From the NCBI GenBank assembly GCA_027484965.1, contig JAIXRY010000003.1, forward strand, positions 1-52,022: a stretch of 52,022 nt of DNA. Reading direction: 5' to 3'. The notes below the pieces were generated by a model, which ran no database searches, was not told the DNA's origin, and saw only the letters and a program-made list of their open reading frames with translations. Within the stretch, counting starts at the first letter, position 1; every line of letters starts with the position of its first letter. Shown here piece after piece: positions 22,891-35,531 of the stretch. The DNA is from a bacterium. GTDB lineage: Bacteria > Patescibacteriota > Minisyncoccia > Phycocordibacterales > UBA9973. A program made the translations under genes and the position numbers.

Positions 22891-23641
22891 AGAGTGGTTT
22901 TTTGTGTAAAGAAATAATTTTACACAAATGAAGTACAACTAGGACCATGTATGCTAAATCAATTTCAAACCATCTTTTTCCAAAATTTGGACTATTTGGA
23001 AACTTATGGTGATTATTTTGATTTGTCTCACCCAACATAAACCAACCTATTGGCTGATAAACATTTTTTGAACTGTCAGGTGTAGCGAAATTTCTATATC
23101 CAGTCTTATGACCAAACCAATTCACAATAGCGCCTTGAATTGGACCATTTAAAAGTGTTATTGGTAAGAAAAACCAACACCACCAAACTGGAGCAAAAAA
23201 GTAATAGAAGGATACAAACAATCCACCCATAAAAAGTATTGTGAGTATATTGTCTGCAAACTTCTCAAAAGAAAGCCATCTAACATGCTTTATGCTTGCA
23301 TACTCTTCACACAATCTATGTTTACCTTCTCTAATCTGAACAAATTGTTTTTTGGTATCCCACATCATCAAAAAAATATTTTTAAAATTAAGTGGTGAAT
23401 GAGAATCGAGACTGGTGTCACTGTGCTTATGATGATTCAAATGAAAAACAGCATAAGCGTAAGGATTTAAAAACGCAGGTCCTTGAACAAGAAATGTGAC
23501 AACAAAAAAGATTCTCTCAACAAATAAGTTCATGGAGAATTGTTTATGAGTAGCATAACGATGTAAAAAAACGCTATGAAAAAATAGAGAGATAGTCGGG
23601 TGTGCTATAAGCACAACAAAAACGAAGGTTTGTACATTCAT
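22889..23641 (-). CDS. Membrane fatty-acid (acyl-lipid/acyl-CoA type) desaturase
   Basis: Three His boxes in the expected order within a polytopic protein: HRYATH, HLNHHKHSD and NQNNHHKFP. Confidence 0.8.
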   Translation of the reverse strand: MNVQTFVFVVLIAHPTISLFFHSVFLHRYATHKQFSMNLFVERIFFVVTFLVQGPAFLNPYAYAVFHLNHHKHSDTSLDSHSPLNFKNIFLMMWDTKKQFVQIREGKHRLCEEYASIKHVRWLSFEKFADNILTILFMGGLFVSFYYFFAPVWWCWFFLPITLLNGPIQGAIVNWFGHKTGYRNFATPDSSKNVYQPIGWFMLGETNQNNHHKFPNSPNFGKRWFEIDLAYMVLVVLHLCKIISLHKKPL

Positions 23642-23692
23642 AATATTTAGTTTTTAGATTATTTGTATATTAGTATAACAAATAATGAAAAA

Positions 23693-24286
23693 CTAAAGAA
23701 TATCGAATTCTTCAAAAACAGATTGATACAAACCTTTTACTCTGTAGGCTTCTTTTTGATCAAGAGTGAATTCTAGACCATCATGAGCAATTCTATTTCT
23801 AATATAGTTAGCCTCTCTAGCAAATTTTGCAGTTCTAAAATCACTCGGTTCAACATTTTTTAATTTTTCTCCTGTAGTATCACCTTTTATTTTCATTGGA
23901 GCTACCAATTTTTCGAGTATTGTATTGGACTCAATAATTGCCAATCTCCAATCACTTTGTTTTGGAGAATCGAAAAGATCGCAAACATGTAGCCATTGAG
24001 AATTTTTGATTGGATTTTGTTCTTCTTGTTTTTTGATAAATTCGTTTTCTTTTGCTTGAGCTTCTATTTCTTGTTTCATCTCATATAACCTTATCCATGT
24101 ATAGAACAAAATAACAAAAAGAATTAAGACAACAAAAGCTGAAATTACCTTGAGTGTACCTACAAGTTCATTAAATTGAACCCCATTCAAAAACGAAAAG
24201 AAGTGCGAAAAGAAATTATATATTCTCGAGAATACATAATCTAGAGATAAGTATGTTGGTTCAAATTGTGGTACAGGTACTTGCAT
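23693..24286 (-). CDS. Hypothetical TM-anchored protein with a C-terminal helical domain (DUF4145-like pattern)
   Basis: Start at MQVPVPQ just after the gatA stop. One TM helix. The C-terminal ...GEKLKN...ANYIRNRIAHDG resembles DUF4145; weak call. Confidence 0.45.
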   Translation of the reverse strand: MQVPVPQFEPTYLSLDYVFSRIYNFFSHFFSFLNGVQFNELVGTLKVISAFVVLILFVILFYTWIRLYEMKQEIEAQAKENEFIKKQEEQNPIKNSQWLHVCDLFDSPKQSDWRLAIIESNTILEKLVAPMKIKGDTTGEKLKNVEPSDFRTAKFAREANYIRNRIAHDGLEFTLDQKEAYRVKGLYQSVFEEFDIL

Positions 24287-24290
24287 ACTA

Positions 24291-25703
24291 CTATTGTACG
24301 TTTTCTTCGAACTTTTTTGCAACCTCAAAAAGTAGATTCTCTCCAAACATTGGCCCCATGAATTGAATACTGTGTTTTAGATTATTATTTGCGTCACCTG
24401 AAGGAATTGATATTGCAGGAATTCCAGCAATATTTGCAGGTACAGTAAATAGATCTGAGAGTTTCATTGCTATTGGATCATTAGTCTTAGCTCCAATTGA
24501 GAAAGCGAGGAATGGTGATGTTGGTGTTGCAATGACATCAACCGTTTCAAATATGTTTTTATATTCTTTTTGGATTGCTTTTTGAAGAGAAAGTGCTTTT
24601 CCATAGTATGCCTCATAATACCCATGAGAAAGAATATATGTTCCTAAAAGAATTCTTCTTTTCACTTCTTTTCCAAAACCAGATTCACGTGTTTTTTCGT
24701 ATTGGTTTTTTAGATTATTTGAAGGTAAAGACATTCCAAAACGAATACTATCATAGCGAGAAAGATTAGAAGAAGCTTCGGCTGGCATGAGAATATAATA
24801 CACAGCGAGAGCATAAGGTGATAAAGGCAAATCAATATCTACAATTTCATATCCGAGAGATTTTAAAGTTTCGATTGATTTATCAAAGTTTTCTTTAACA
24901 GAATCTTCAATACCCTCACCTGTTACCCAAGATTTTGGTACACCAATTTTCTTTACTTCTTTTTTATTTTCAGTTCTTAAATTTTCAGGAATAGAAGTTG
25001 CATCATTTTTATCGTACTTATTTATAAAATTAAAAAGTGTTTCTGCATCTGCAACATTTTTTGTTATTGGACCAATCTGATCAAGTGATGATGCCATCGC
25101 CATAAGACCATAACGTGACACTGTTCCATATGTAGGCTTCATTCCAACAAGTCCACAGAATGCTGCTGGCTGTCTAATAGATCCTCCAGTATCAGATCCA
25201 AGAGACAGTAATGTACCTCCCATTGAAAGAGAAGCAACAGCTCCACCAGAAGAGCCACCTGGAACCATTTCTTCATTCAAAGGATTTTTAGTAATTCCAT
25301 AAAAACTTGTTTCTGTAGAAGAACCCATAGCAAATTCGTCCATATTTGTTCTACCAAGGAAAATTGCGCCAGCATTTTTTAAAAGATCTACAACTGTTGC
25401 GTTGTATGTCGCTGTATAATTTTCGAGAATCTTTGAACCAGACGATGCTTTATGTCCCAAGAAAAGCATATTATCTTTTAGAGATATAGGTATACCTGTC
25501 ATAATAGTTTCTCTTCCTTCTTCGAACATTTTCTCAGCATTTTTTACTTGTTCATCAATATCAGAATAAACTTCTATATATGCATTGATTGAAGAATTTT
25601 TCTCTTCAATATTTTTTAAGAAAGAATCAACAAGAGCACGAATAGATAGTTCGCCAGATTTTATTTTTTCATGAGTTTCTTTTATTGTATTTGGAATTGT
25701 CAT
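24291..25703 (-). CDS. gatA: Glu/Asp-tRNA amidotransferase subunit A
   Basis: Amidase signature GGSSGGAVASLS and GSDTGGSIRQPAAFCG. Lies downstream of gatC. Confidence 0.95.
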   Translation of the reverse strand: MTIPNTIKETHEKIKSGELSIRALVDSFLKNIEEKNSSINAYIEVYSDIDEQVKNAEKMFEEGRETIMTGIPISLKDNMLFLGHKASSGSKILENYTATYNATVVDLLKNAGAIFLGRTNMDEFAMGSSTETSFYGITKNPLNEEMVPGGSSGGAVASLSMGGTLLSLGSDTGGSIRQPAAFCGLVGMKPTYGTVSRYGLMAMASSLDQIGPITKNVADAETLFNFINKYDKNDATSIPENLRTENKKEVKKIGVPKSWVTGEGIEDSVKENFDKSIETLKSLGYEIVDIDLPLSPYALAVYYILMPAEASSNLSRYDSIRFGMSLPSNNLKNQYEKTRESGFGKEVKRRILLGTYILSHGYYEAYYGKALSLQKAIQKEYKNIFETVDVIATPTSPFLAFSIGAKTNDPIAMKLSDLFTVPANIAGIPAISIPSGDANNNLKHSIQFMGPMFGENLLFEVAKKFEENVQ

Positions 25704-25706
25704 AGA

Positions 25707-25985
25707 TTATAGAATTTTAGGAACCTTAAAATAATTATCTTGTTTATTTGGAGCTTCAGCTAAAAGTACGTCAGTATAAAAACCTGTCTCTATTGGATCT
25801 GTATCTTCTCTAAAATTATTATTAAGTAAAGACTTCTCTGTACCAACATCTCCAATAGGAGCATTTTTAATTTGATCTACATAAGAAAGAACTTGTGCCA
25901 AATCTTTTGCAACACTCTCTGCTTCTTGATCTGTAATACTAATTTTACTTAAATTTGCTAGGTTTTTTACTGTTTCGATATCCAT
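25707..25985 (-). CDS. gatC: Glu/Asp-tRNA amidotransferase subunit C
   Basis: 92-aa GatC-like sequence (VKNLANLSKISITDQEAE...VLSYVDQI) directly upstream of gatA. TGCTATAAT lies 8 nt upstream of the ATG. Confidence 0.9.
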   Translation of the reverse strand: MDIETVKNLANLSKISITDQEAESVAKDLAQVLSYVDQIKNAPIGDVGTEKSLLNNNFREDTDPIETGFYTDVLLAEAPNKQDNYFKVPKIL

Positions 25986-26018
25986 ATATATGTATTATAG
26001 CAAAAAATAAGTTTTTTG

Positions 26019-28550
<2,532 letters not shown>

Positions 28551-28567
<17 letters not shown>

Positions 28568-29192
28568 ATAGTGTTTCAGTAAAAATTTTTGTTTTGTTAG
28601 ATGTTCCGTTTTTCCAGGTAATTGTAGCCACAACGACAAGACTATTACTACCGTCAGGATTATTATATAAAACTATTTTTCTCCTAAAAGAAGTTTTTTC
28701 TATTGCATCAATAAGAGCTAGCGGTTCAATACCATAATAATCCACATTAGATGTTGTGTCTCTGTAAACATTTATATTAGTACATGCAGGAAGTCCATCG
28801 TCGTCATAACCAGAACACCCATAAACTGATTTTGTAAATGCGTCTATTTCGCATCCTAGGCTTTCATTAAAACATACATCATACTTTGATATAAAACCAG
28901 CCCAATCAGTAGAGCCTCTTTGATTAAATTTTTGAAAGATAATACTATCACGATCGTTTCTAATAATATCTACAGCTTCTTGAGCAAGATATGTTGCAAT
29001 AACATCATTTTTTGAATATTGCCCAGAATTTGTAGTTGTACCTGAAAGCGCAAACAGTGCTGTGATAGACATGCTAAAAATAAATATAGCTATCAATGTT
29101 TCAACAAGAGTAAATCCTTGTCCACCAAAATTATGATACCTTGTAGAGGAATTTGAATATGTATATTTATTTTTAAAATTTAAAAATTTCAT
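28551..29192 (-). CDS. Type IV minor pilin / pseudopilin
   Basis: Prepilin motif GQG|FTLVETLIAIFIFS after a leader of about 26 aa. Confidence 0.7.
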
Positions 29193-29195
29193 ATT

Positions 29196-29858
29196 TTAAT
29201 ATTTAAATTGCCTCTGTGACAAAAAAGTTTGGACCCGGAATGCAGAACTTTGATTTTCGACCATTGAAACACCGTCAATGAAAAGATTCACTCCTGGCTG
29301 CCCCTCACTCGTAACTCCTTTTACAGTAAATACGAGATTATACACGTCAATACTTGAAGCTGTAATTGGAGCGCATATCCACACAAAAGAATTTCCTGAC
29401 ACATAATCTTTACTCTCGCAACGCTCAATATAACTATAATCAAGACCTGTTCTTGGGTTATTTGTCTTAGCTATTTGATATCCATATACATCAACAATAC
29501 CCGTAACAGTATTAAGAACTTTAAAAACAAGTCCTGTCCCCGAAGAGCAGTCTGCACCGAATCTTGCTGAAGGAAAATCACTTTCACTGTTTATATCAAT
29601 AGGAATATCTTTATTATTAAGACAAGTATAATCATACCCGAGCCTACTATTTCTTGATAGGTTTTCTATGGCGAAATTAAGATTATCCATAACAGTACGA
29701 GAAGCTTCTGCATTACGAGCTCCAGATTGAGCTGTGACCATAGCAGCTAATCCAGATATAATAACAGCTGTGAAAAGCGTAAGTGAAATCATAAGCTCCA
29801 CCAAAGTAAAAGCTTTTTGTTTTTCATTATTTTTCTTTGTATAAGAAAAATTGTACAT
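29196..29858 (-). CDS. Type IV minor pilin / pseudopilin (Ala at -1)
   Basis: KQKA|FTLVELMISLTLF N-terminal methylation-type motif. Confidence 0.7.
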   Translation of the reverse strand: MYNFSYTKKNNEKQKAFTLVELMISLTLFTAVIISGLAAMVTAQSGARNAEASRTVMDNLNFAIENLSRNSRLGYDYTCLNNKDIPIDINSESDFPSARFGADCSSGTGLVFKVLNTVTGIVDVYGYQIAKTNNPRTGLDYSYIERCESKDYVSGNSFVWICAPITASSIDVYNLVFTVKGVTSEGQPGVNLFIDGVSMVENQSSAFRVQTFLSQRQFKY

Positions 29859-29862
29859 ATAT

Positions 29863-30636
29863 CTATTCTACACTAATGACCCCTGTGTTCCATATAGTAA
29901 TAAATCTTCTCACTCCATCAACAGAAACAACAGAAATTGACACATGCGATATAGGGTTATTTGTAGCAGGATCAAGGTTTGTTGTTTGTCCTGTTGAGAT
30001 ATCTGTGTAAGAGAAAAGTGCATCTTGATTTGGTCTATTGAAAACAATATCAAGCATTCCTTCAAAAACACAGTCGCTATCGTTTAAACAAAGTGCTTCT
30101 ATGCGATCGGTTGTCGTTATTAATATTTCATCAACACATTCTTCTTGTGCAGTAAATATTCTATTACAAGAAGTACCATCATACACATTGTTAGCGTTTA
30201 TTGTTGGATTAGTGGTTTTAAAATCACCAAACAATAAAAAAGTATCTGGATATTGCATATCAAAATGCACCCCATAACCAATGACTGTCTCATTTAAAAG
30301 TGTTGGTTCAGGACTCTGAAAACCAAGAGTGTAACTTTGAGCTTTTCGAATAGTTAGAGCTATATCTTGCGCTAGATTTTTTACAGTAATACTTGTCTCA
30401 AAAGATCTGTAATTAAAAGCTGAAATAGAAGATATAACAGCAAAAATAGCAACAACAACCATTAATTCTACCACTGTAAACCCGGACACTAAATTTGACG
30501 AAACACATCCACGCACTTTGACTTGTGGTCTAGATATAGAAAAACTTAATGTGCTGGTAAACCTCCTCACTAAATTAGTTTTAGAAAAGTTAGTATTAGC
30601 TAATATTATTTTATTTTTTATATCTTTAAAAAACAT
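29863..30636 (-). CDS. Type IV minor pilin / pseudopilin with an unusually long leader
   Basis: VSG|FTVVELMVVVAIFAV motif. ATG 30636 abuts the pilD stop and gives a leader of about 52 aa. An in-frame GTG would give 12 aa. Confidence 0.65.
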   Translation of the reverse strand: MFFKDIKNKIILANTNFSKTNLVRRFTSTLSFSISRPQVKVRGCVSSNLVSGFTVVELMVVVAIFAVISSISAFNYRSFETSITVKNLAQDIALTIRKAQSYTLGFQSPEPTLLNETVIGYGVHFDMQYPDTFLLFGDFKTTNPTINANNVYDGTSCNRIFTAQEECVDEILITTTDRIEALCLNDSDCVFEGMLDIVFNRPNQDALFSYTDISTGQTTNLDPATNNPISHVSISVVSVDGVRRFITIWNTGVISVE

Positions 30637-30638
30637 TT

Positions 30639-31433
30639 TTAAAATGTAAAGAATTTCATTAAAGACGAAAAGTCTAACGAGAAGAAAAATACAATCCATG
30701 AACTTATAAACAAGAATGGGGCAAAAGGAATTTCTGTTTTAAGTCCCCATTTTGTCTTACCAATAAGTATTATAATGATTGAGAAGAGCGCTCCAATCCA
30801 GAAAGAAATAAGAAGTGATGTAAATCCAGCAGAAATTCCAAGTAAAGCACCTATAGACAAAGCTATCTTAGCGTCACCAAACCCCATCCACTTCCCTTTT
30901 GAAACAAAGAATATAATAGCAAAAGGAGACGCTACCAAGAAAGACGCAAGAAGTGTTGGTGCAATACTTTGTGGACCATGCATAATAGCAGCAAGCATAA
31001 CACTCGAAAAGAATGATGCATAAGAAAAAATATCTGGAATAATTTTATGTCTTACATCGTATACAAACATAACAATCCACAAACAAAATATAAATGTAGT
31101 AAGCGTTGTTATTGCAACAAAATTACTTGGATCAACAAAAAATATTCCTGATAATTTGTAAGCTGTTAGTGTAAAAATAATAGCTGTTAGAAATTCAACT
31201 ATTGGATACTGAAAAGAAATTGTATTTTTACAAGTACGACATCTACCTAATTGCGTTATAAAAGAAACGAGAGGTATTAGCTCATACCACTTAAGTGTAG
31301 TACTACAAGAAAAACAAATAGATCTACCTTTTGAAACAGAGCGTCCTGTATTAAACCTACAAATAACAACATTCAAAAAACTTCCAATAACAGTACCTAG
31401 AATTGCAATGAGAAAATAAATTAAAAAGTTCAT
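30639..31433 (-). CDS. pilD: Prepilin peptidase / N-methyltransferase (A24 family)
   Basis: N-terminal CFSC...CRTC zinc motif, polytopic, catalytic GFGDAK region. Confidence 0.9.
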   Translation of the reverse strand: MNFLIYFLIAILGTVIGSFLNVVICRFNTGRSVSKGRSICFSCSTTLKWYELIPLVSFITQLGRCRTCKNTISFQYPIVEFLTAIIFTLTAYKLSGIFFVDPSNFVAITTLTTFIFCLWIVMFVYDVRHKIIPDIFSYASFFSSVMLAAIMHGPQSIAPTLLASFLVASPFAIIFFVSKGKWMGFGDAKIALSIGALLGISAGFTSLLISFWIGALFSIIIILIGKTKWGLKTEIPFAPFLFISSWIVFFFSLDFSSLMKFFTF

Positions 31434-31500
31434 ATATATAGTATACAGTGAATAATGTATAGCGTTAAGTAAATAATGGTAATTATCAATATAAAAACAA

Positions 31501-31525
31501 AAAAATCCCCAAAGGGGATTTTTTT
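31501..31525. terminator. Terminator AAAAATCCCC/AAA/GGGGATTTTT downstream of the second pilin
   Basis: Read directly. Confidence 0.75.
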
Positions 31526-31543
31526 GTTAATCTATAATATAGA

Positions 31544-32026
31544 TTAAGGACAAACAACAGTATTTGCCGCCAAAACTGTTGTTGTTTCTTTTGAAGCACC
31601 TGTTGAATCAACACACGCATAAGTTGGAGTTGAAATACTTCTCAATTTAACTGAAGCCGCCCATCCTGCTGCATTAGCAAAACAGTTAGCAGTAGATGCA
31701 GTTTGAACTGCACCACCTGTAACAATAGTACCAGTACCTGCAGCAGTTGAAGCTGCTTGTATAGCAGAACCAATACCAAATGAACTAGTAGTACAAACAC
31801 CTTGATAACCTGATGTTGATGCAGATGAGTCAATATCACTTGCTATACCAGTGTTTCCGTCAAAATAAATCTCTGCTTGTGCACGAGCATTTGCCAAGTT
31901 TGCTTTAATAGCAGCATCAGCTCCTTTTGTACGAGCACTGTTAAGAGATGCAAGCACTACAGAAGCCAAGATACCAATGATTGCAATAACAACCAAAAGT
32001 TCGATCAATGTAAAACCTTTTTTCAT
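31544..32026 (-). CDS. Type IV pilin (paralog 2)
   Basis: MKKG|[28 protein letters not shown], with a C-terminal Cys pair. Start at 32026 is preceded by TATATT 6 nt upstream; the ORF is open to 32065. Confidence 0.85.
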   Translation of the reverse strand: MKKGFTLIELLVVIAIIGILASVVLASLNSARTKGADAAIKANLANARAQAEIYFDGNTGIASDIDSSASTSGYQGVCTTSSFGIGSAIQAASTAAGTGTIVTGGAVQTASTANCFANAAGWAASVKLRSISTPTYACVDSTGASKETTTVLAANTVVCP

Positions 32027-32134
32027 ATATGAAATATACTTTTCGTCCGTCACGTTTTCGGACATTTAACTTACTATTTATTAATAATAGATTAATTATA
32101 TCACTTTTACAGATACTGCAACAATAACATGTGG

Positions 32135-32188
32135 AAAACATTACAAGACAAAACCCCACAAATGTGGGGTTTTGTCTTGTAATGTTTT
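32135..32188. terminator. 25-bp-arm perfect hairpin (AAAACATTACAAGACAAAACCCCAC/AAAT/GTGGGGTTTTGTCTTGTAATGTTTT) between the two pilin genes
   Basis: Read directly. Confidence 0.8.
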
Positions 32189-32202
32189 AATCCAAAAATA
32201 AT

Positions 32203-32706
32203 TTAAGGACAAGCAGTAAATGCTGTTGTAAGAGTCATTGTATCAACGAGCTTTGATATATTATTAGAGTCTACACAGAAAAAATCAACACCAGAAGAAG
32301 CAGATACAAGATTTGTGTCTCTCATTTGAACAGCAGCAGCCCAGTTTGTACCAGTGGCATTAACATAACCATATAGAGTAGAGTTAGCACTTTCAGCTGC
32401 TCTTCTTAACATATCTTGTATACCTAAAGATGATTTAGGAGAAAAAACTCCTGTACCATTAGTAACAGTTCCAGCACCAGTAACAGTAAATGCTATTGCT
32501 GCAGGTGATGCAGCTGACGCACTATATGTAACATTTGTATCAAAATACAAAACACCCTGAGCTCTCGCATTTATCATATTTGATCTTATAGCAGCGTCAG
32601 TTCCTTTTGTACGAGAGCTATTTAAGGAAGCAAGAACAATAGACGCGAGTACGCCGATAATTGCAATAACAACCAAAAGTTCGATCAATGTAAAACCTTT
32701 TTTCAT
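32203..32706 (-). CDS. pilA: Type IV pilin (paralog 1, probable major pilin)
   Basis: MKKG|[28 protein letters not shown], with a C-terminal Cys pair. It has its own upstream TGATATAAT and a strong downstream hairpin. Confidence 0.88.
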   Translation of the reverse strand: MKKGFTLIELLVVIAIIGVLASIVLASLNSSRTKGTDAAIRSNMINARAQGVLYFDTNVTYSASAASPAAIAFTVTGAGTVTNGTGVFSPKSSLGIQDMLRRAAESANSTLYGYVNATGTNWAAAVQMRDTNLVSASSGVDFFCVDSNNISKLVDTMTLTTAFTACP

Positions 32707-32817
32707 AAATTAATAATTTTGTTTCTTAAAAAACTTATCGATAATAACATATAATATTATATCATTAATATTTAACATTACAACATAATAAATATGTTGA
32801 AAAAATTAATAGATAGA

Positions 32818-34023
32818 TTATTTGATACCTCCAGCAATGTTATAAATAGGCATCAAAACAGATGTGAGAAGCATACCCACTCCAAGACCAAGAGCAACAA
32901 TCATAACAGGCTCAATAAGACCTACAAGTGTATCTACAGCATCATCAACTTCACGTTTATAAAAATTCGCAAGCGTTTTCAAGATACTTCCCATAGCACC
33001 TGTCTCTTCACCAACCTTAATCATCTGAACCAACATTTGGGGAACTTCTTTATGATTACCTAGTGCATCAGAAAAAGAATTACCAGACTTTACCTTTTCA
33101 CATGAATTATTAAGAATATCTTGGTATGTATTATTACCTACAACTCCAGCAGTGATTTCGATAGCACGAACAATAGGAATACCAGAAGAAAGCATTGTGT
33201 TCATATTGTCTGATATACGAGCAAGATACACTTTTGTAAAAAGTGGACCAAAAATAGGCACTTTTAATTTTAAGCTATCGATTAAGAGTTTCCCTTTCTT
33301 ACTCTTTAGAGCATAAAATCCTAAAAATACCAGTATTCCAACACCTACAAGAAGATACAGTCCATAATTAACCATCAATTCACTGATAGTCATAACGACT
33401 CTTGTATTCCAAGGAATATCTTGACCTGATTCTTTAATAATTGCAGAGAGTTTTGGAACAATCATAACAAACATAAGTACCATAACCACAACGAAAATAC
33501 CAATAACGAAAGCTGGGTAAATAAGGGCGTTTTTTGTTTTTGCAGCAAGAGCATATTGACGATCAAGATAGTCAGCCAAATACGCAAACGTTTGAGTTAA
33601 TTTCCCAGATTCTTCACCAGACTTCACCATGTTTACATAAAAGTCAGAGAAAATCATCGGATGTTTTGAAAGAGCTTCAGAAATAGAAAGTCCTGATTGA
33701 AGATCACTAACAACAGCCTCCAAATTCTTTTTCATGAGCTTATTTTCAGAGTTAGAAGCGATCAATGAAAAAGCTTTAAGTGCTGAAACTTGTGCCTCGA
33801 ACAATGTTGATATTTGGCGAGACATTATAACAATATCTTTAACAGGTATATGATCAAATAGAGATATTTCTAAAATTGACTTTGGTTTATCAGCAGAAAT
33901 AACAGTAAGAACAATCAATCCTCTTCTTTGAACAGCCGAAATAGCAGAGTCCCGACTTACAGCCTCAACTACTCCGTCTTGTTTCTCACCCTTTTCATTA
34001 ACTGCAGTATAATTAAAATTCAT
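32818..34023 (-). CDS. pilC: Type IV pilus platform protein PilC (GspF family)
   Basis: Two T2SSF repeats and three TM regions; typical GspF/PilC sequence. Confidence 0.92.
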   Translation of the reverse strand: MNFNYTAVNEKGEKQDGVVEAVSRDSAISAVQRRGLIVLTVISADKPKSILEISLFDHIPVKDIVIMSRQISTLFEAQVSALKAFSLIASNSENKLMKKNLEAVVSDLQSGLSISEALSKHPMIFSDFYVNMVKSGEESGKLTQTFAYLADYLDRQYALAAKTKNALIYPAFVIGIFVVVMVLMFVMIVPKLSAIIKESGQDIPWNTRVVMTISELMVNYGLYLLVGVGILVFLGFYALKSKKGKLLIDSLKLKVPIFGPLFTKVYLARISDNMNTMLSSGIPIVRAIEITAGVVGNNTYQDILNNSCEKVKSGNSFSDALGNHKEVPQMLVQMIKVGEETGAMGSILKTLANFYKREVDDAVDTLVGLIEPVMIVALGLGVGMLLTSVLMPIYNIAGGIK

Positions 34024-34030
34024 ATATGAT

Positions 34031-35092
34031 TTACATCATTGATTGAAAAGCTCTAGGATTTGTAGAGTATGCAATAGCAGACTCCATAGTGATTTCACCA
34101 GCACGAACAAGTTCTATGAGAGATCGATTTATATCAACCATCCCCTGTTCAAGACCTGTTTCTATAACAACATCTATTTCATGAGTTCTCTTTTCACGGA
34201 TAAGATTTGCAACAGCATTATTATTTATCAAAAGTTCATAAGCAGGAATTCTTCCTCCAACAATTCTAGGAACAAGTCTTTGTGAAAAGATACCTAGCAA
34301 AGACGCTGCTAACTGAGTACGTATTTGATCTTGTTGTGCTGGTGGAAACGAGTCTATAATACGATCGATTGTTTGAGAGGCGCTGTTTGTATGGAGAGTA
34401 GCAAAAACAAGGTGTCCTGTTTCAGCTGCTGTTACAGCAGCTGCCATAGTCTCATGATTTCTAAGTTCACCAATCAAAATAACATTTGCATCTGAACGAA
34501 ACACTGTCTTAAGTGCATTTTCAAAACTCTCTGTATCTATACCCACATCACGCTGATCAATAATAGATCTTTTTATAGGATAAATATGCTCTACAGGATC
34601 TTCGATAGTAACGATATGGGCAGCCCTCTTTTCATTAATAATATCCACCATTGCTGCAAGTGTTGTTGATTTTCCTTGCCCAACAGGACCTACAACAAGA
34701 AAGAATCCTTGACGAGCAAGAGCGAACTGCTCAAGAATTGGAGGAAGTTTTAGAGATTGTAAAGATTCTATTTCAGGTATGAGTCGCAACGCTACAGAAA
34801 TACCACTCTTTTGATAACAAGCACTTCCACGAAGTCTAAGACCTTTTGGTGTATCAAAAGCAAAATCAAGTTCTTGTTGTGTTAAAAATTTTTTTGTACG
34901 CTCACTTCCGGCCAAAATTTCAATTAGAGAAATCATATTCTCTTTTGTTGGAATTTCTTTTTGTTCTAAAAAAACTAATTCTCCAGAAATACGTATCGCA
35001 GGATATCTACTTGTCGATATATGCAAATCGGAAGCACCTTGAGTGTGCATGTTTTCTATTAAATCAAGAAGGTATTCTTTAGAATCTATCAT
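34031..35092 (-). CDS. pilT: Twitching-motility retraction ATPase PilT
   Basis: Walker A GPVGQGKSTT, Asp box, Walker B ILIGELR, His box ATLHTN. A size of about 350 aa is typical of PilT. Confidence 0.9.
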   Translation of the reverse strand: MIDSKEYLLDLIENMHTQGASDLHISTSRYPAIRISGELVFLEQKEIPTKENMISLIEILAGSERTKKFLTQQELDFAFDTPKGLRLRGSACYQKSGISVALRLIPEIESLQSLKLPPILEQFALARQGFFLVVGPVGQGKSTTLAAMVDIINEKRAAHIVTIEDPVEHIYPIKRSIIDQRDVGIDTESFENALKTVFRSDANVILIGELRNHETMAAAVTAAETGHLVFATLHTNSASQTIDRIIDSFPPAQQDQIRTQLAASLLGIFSQRLVPRIVGGRIPAYELLINNNAVANLIREKRTHEIDVVIETGLEQGMVDINRSLIELVRAGEITMESAIAYSTNPRAFQSMM

Positions 35093-35097
35093 AATTA

Positions 35098-35487
35098 TTA
35101 TTGTTTTGGTTGTGTAATAGAAACAACTCTTGCAACAACCTCAGATGGTGTTGCGTTAGCTTTTACAATATATCCTGAAGCACCAAGAGCTTTACCTTTT
35201 TCAATATCTTCTGTTTGTCCAAGATTTGAAATAATAATCTTGATTGTGTTTGGAATTAATTTTTCTTCATTTATTTTTTCCAAAAGCTCAAAACCATCCA
35301 TAACAGGCATAACAACATCTGTTAATAAAATATCTGGACTTACAGATTGTTTTAATTTCTGAAGCGCAACAGTAGACCCTAAAGCAGTATCAACAATAAA
35401 TCCTGACTGGCTAAATTTTAGCGCATACATGTCAAGGAGAAAGCTGTCATCATCAACAATTAAAATAGTCTTCTTTTTATCTTCCAT
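35098..35487 (-). CDS. CheY-like receiver-only response regulator embedded between pilB and pilT
   Basis: ILIVDDD and DILLTDVVMPVMDG (acceptor Asp), with Lys in YIVKA. Start at MEDKKKT. Confidence 0.8.
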   Translation of the reverse strand: MEDKKKTILIVDDDSFLLDMYALKFSQSGFIVDTALGSTVALQKLKQSVSPDILLTDVVMPVMDGFELLEKINEEKLIPNTIKIIISNLGQTEDIEKGKALGASGYIVKANATPSEVVARVVSITQPKQ

Positions 35488-35531
35488 AATATACCTAGTA
35501 TACCATGATAAGATAATTTTCAAGTGTGAAA

